From Oopsacas minuta (Eukaryota; Animalia; Porifera), in NCBI GenBank assembly GCA_024704765.1, contig JAKMXF010000364.1, positions 62,001 to 126,000 of the forward strand: a stretch of 64,000 nt of DNA, read 5' to 3'. A model generated the notes under the pieces. It did not search any database. It saw nothing but the letters and a program-made list of their open reading frames with translations, and was not told where the DNA came from. This document shows, piece after piece, positions 60,658 through 64,000 of this stretch. The position numbers were made by a program, and so were the translations under genes. Numbering within the stretch: position 1 is the stretch's first letter; every line of letters starts with the position of its first letter.

Positions 60658-61992
60658 CTATGGCGTTCAATAAGTCTTGCTGGTGATATCATTGAATATG
60701 ATACAAACACTATACACACTAATTCACTATATTATTATTCAAAGTAATCCCCTCCTGCAGATACACAAAGTTTTAACCTTTCCACCCACTTGTAAAACAC
60801 ATTTCTGTACTCTTCTTCGGGGATGGATTTGAAGTACTGGTACAGGCCAGTTCCGAGTGCTTGTAATGTGTTAAAATCTTTGCCTTGAAGGTAGATTTTA
60901 AGCTTGGGAAATAGCCAAAAATAACACGGAGCTAGATCTGGTGGGTATGATGGATGGGGAAGTAATTCTAACCCCTCTATATCCAAGAAATTTTTTGGTA
61001 AGCTTAGCTGTATGGGAACTAGCGTTATCAATTAAAATCTTCATTCCTCGAGTTCCGGTTTTCGGGCGGTACTTTTCTATATTTTTTATCAAATTTGGAA
61101 GCACTTGCTCTGTAAAGAAAGTAGCAGTAACAGCCTTGCCACTCTCACAAGGTAATTGCAAGACAATTCCATGACTACTGAAGAAGATGGTGTACATAAT
61201 CTTAGGTTTTCTGAAGTCTGGCCTAGGAATTTTCTCCGGTTGTTCGTTGCCCCTCACCCATGATCACTTCTTATACTTGCTATATGGTGTTGAATAGTAC
61301 ACCCACGTCTCGTCACCAGTAATAATCTCTGTTAGGAGTCTAGAATCGCAGTTCTCATAAGTTTCCAAGAGTTCCCTGGCAATATTCAGTCATGCTAACC
61401 TTTGATTCTAACTGAGTTTATGCGTACCCATTTCCCACAAATCGATCGGTAGCCAAGCTCAGTCGTCAGAATTGTATGAATAGCTCCCGATGAAATCTCT
61501 ATTCTTTGTTCTAACTGATTGGCAGTAATGCACTTGTCTTCCATGACCATACTTTCAAATCAGTGCGATATTTTCTGAAGTGGTGGCGGATACCGGTCTT
61601 CCAGATCGAGGCAAATCTGTGACATCAGCATCACCAGATCTAAAACGGGCAGCCCGTCGCTCTACAGTAGATCTGGAAGGGCAATCCACGCACAATATCT
61701 CCTGTAACTCGCTGAAGATCTGTACGGGCTGGATCTTGAGTATTGTGCGAAAATCTATGTAAGCTCGCCATTTGAGGTTGAAATTATCATCCTTTGAAGC
61801 CATAAATTCAACAGTGGGTATGAATTGACTACACGTAATTTTCTTAAAAATTCATAATTTGCATTGAATAAGCTTGAAACTTTCAGTATATGGAGTTTAA
61901 ACATGTGGACTTATAATATCTGAACGTTTGATATATTACTTGAATAATTCCTGAGAAATAACATGACCCGTAAGACTTATTGAACGCCCTGA
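60658..61992 (-). mobile_element. mariner DD34D element, frameshifted transposase
   Basis: TIR (CTAT/TCAG)GGCGTTCAATAAGTCTT with TA TSDs. RSGRP, ITGDETWV, IDNASSH, YPPDLAPCYFWLF (third D->Y). Confidence 0.92.
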
Positions 61993-62449
61993 TATATGTC
62001 AAACACAACTAGTTAATGATATTTTCAATGGAATCTCTTACCATCTAGCAACCCATTCGCTCCAAAATCTACATGTTGCTGTTGGACCTTATGTAGAGTA
62101 GCCTATCCTTCAGTAAATTAATTATTGTAAAATTCTTGAGAACAAAAAGTGAAATATCATTGAGTAATAACCTGTTTTGATATAGGCTCAAATATTTCTG
62201 TAGATAATTTAATGAAATTTGGAGGCCATAAACTACCTATGGACATAATGCCAATGACATAATCTGTAAATTCATAGATTTTGCTTAATATAGTTTACCG
62301 AAACTAAATTCTGAACGAGTGTTCAAACATAGCTTGGAATATTGAAATTAACTAAATGGGAAATTTAAGGCCAAATACTGTTTTATAGAACAGCGTTGCG
62401 AACTTTTTGATTGCCCTAAGAAATTTAGCACTAAATTTTTTCTCCCAGG

Positions 62450-63150
62450 AGGCGCAGGGTTAGAGGTACTAGTTCAATGTCATCACGCTATTTGACTTCC
62501 ACCAGGTGTTGACTTATTACTTTCTCTTCATCGGCCCGAAGTGAAACAAGACAGGTCATCTTAGTGGTGTTTACAGTACCCAGTCCTGATCAGCGCCAAG
62601 TGGCTCAACTTTTGACTAATCGAGTACTCTCCAATGAGATTTCAATCGACTGAATTGTTCTATCTCTGTGCCCAAGGAATCAAGAATACATCAGAGCCTG
62701 CAGCTTATACAATTCTAGCATTTGATCTTGGTATGCAAGAACATCAACTGCGAGTAATGAAGCTCTGGACAAATGTGATCTCCTAAATCAACTCCTGTAT
62801 AGTTTGTTGCAGTGCTAAATTACAGGGCCCAAGATTCTTTTCTACTTCTACCATTCATGAATGATCAAAAGATCTTCTGACACATCAGTTCAGGGTCTCG
62901 TCCAGGTTCTCAGGACCCTGCTCCTAAAAATGAATTCTATTTCATTTCATCATCCTAACACCACATTTTCATTACGATATTTCCGCCTGGAGAGAGAGTT
63001 TTTGTGTGCTGTCCAGCGGTGATTTAAGGCAGAGTCCTTAATGACGCAGGATCGTGGCAGTGGTGATCGCGACACAATTTTATACTCCTTTTCTCTTTTT
63101 TTGACAAAGAATCTTCGTCATTATTTTAGAGAAATAGCAATACCTTAGAT
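62450..63150 (+). pseudogene. Highly decayed Gypsy-type integrase fragment, tentative
   Basis: RFQSTELFYLCAQGIKNT..AAY, STIHE and PGERVFVCCPAV..GR...W resemble the integrase core and the region after it. Confidence 0.4.
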
Positions 63151-64000
63151 CCGTCCATTTCAATTTCCCCAGATTGAGGTTACGTGTAAGGAATGTTGAC
63201 TTATCGGACGAAACCAATTTGTTGAAGTGAAGGTTATCAAAATTATCGCCTTCAGAAATTCTTTTGCAATAAGAGCAATGTTATAGCATCATGGTGTAGC
63301 AACTGCAAAGAATATATCATCAAACCAACATACTAAATAATGCTGATACCTTCTGAACCAGCTAATTGAGATAACGCGGCCATAGTACCTCTCTGTCTCG
63401 AGGCATAGACTTTTAGAATCTGATTTTTTCTAATCTTCTAGGGATTTCCGTTCAGGGATATTCGAATAACCACCGACAGAGCAGCTGGGGCTGGAGTTTC
63501 TGTACTTGTTATTTAGTCTTGATGCTTTAGAACTATTTGTTCTAGATTATTTTCGGACTGATCGTGGTGCAGTCGTTCTCTAAGCCGAGTAGACCTCAAA
63601 TGGAGGCTCTTCATTATTCTACTTTCCAAATTGACATCTACTTTAGCATTTCGATTGCCTTGTTTGGTATCCAAAATACTTCATTTACTTCATGAAGTGT
63701 TAATGACATTTGACAGCTTGGTATGACAATGATTATTTTAAATTCTTTGATATTCACTAATTTTGGTTTAAATGTATATTTATTTTTGTAGTTGACATAA
63801 TATAATATCACATCCTTATACCACATATCAAGATCACAATATTATGCTTCATACAAGATTAGGCAACAATACTAATGAGTTGCTTAGTTACAAGTGTTTG
63901 TTATTGAAACAAGATACTATTAAGAATATCTCATTAGTAATGAATTATAAGAAACGAAATAAATTGAATATTTTGGAAATTTAGTATGACATCTTAATTT

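Noticed and set aside
1-64000. tRNA, rRNA, prokaryotic promoters or terminators
   Set aside because: No cloverleaf or rRNA-conserved segments were recognised. The GC-rich hairpins seen are TE termini.

Overview
AT-rich eukaryotic DNA (roughly one-third GC by eye; one short GT-AG intron) made up almost entirely of nested, mostly decayed DNA transposons plus a ~58/174-bp satellite. No host gene, rRNA, tRNA or CRISPR array could be supported. Superfamilies recognised by catalytic motifs and/or TIR+TSD: Tc1/mariner (DD34E, DD34D, DD37D, DD37E, DD41D), P/THAP9, hAT (incl. hATm and Charlie-type MITEs), MULE, Chapaev and Chapaev3, and a doubtful Gypsy integrase scrap. The stand-out signal is a cluster of RAG1-core-like (Transib/RAGL) elements between ~14.9 and 42.4 kb. 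It comprises one uninterrupted 694-aa ORF (32331-34415) with an NBD-like N-terminus, intact D251/D354/E608 triad, Zn ligands and a CX2CX3GHX5CC C-terminal tail, plus three decayed paralogues. Five element ends share an RSS-like layout: CACAGTG-type heptamer, exactly 23 nt, then a conserved AATAGGYAW 9-mer. No RAG2-like partner is visible. All family assignments come from motif recognition by eye, with no database searches. The host cannot be determined from this window; an invertebrate (possibly early-branching) animal is only an inference from the TE families.
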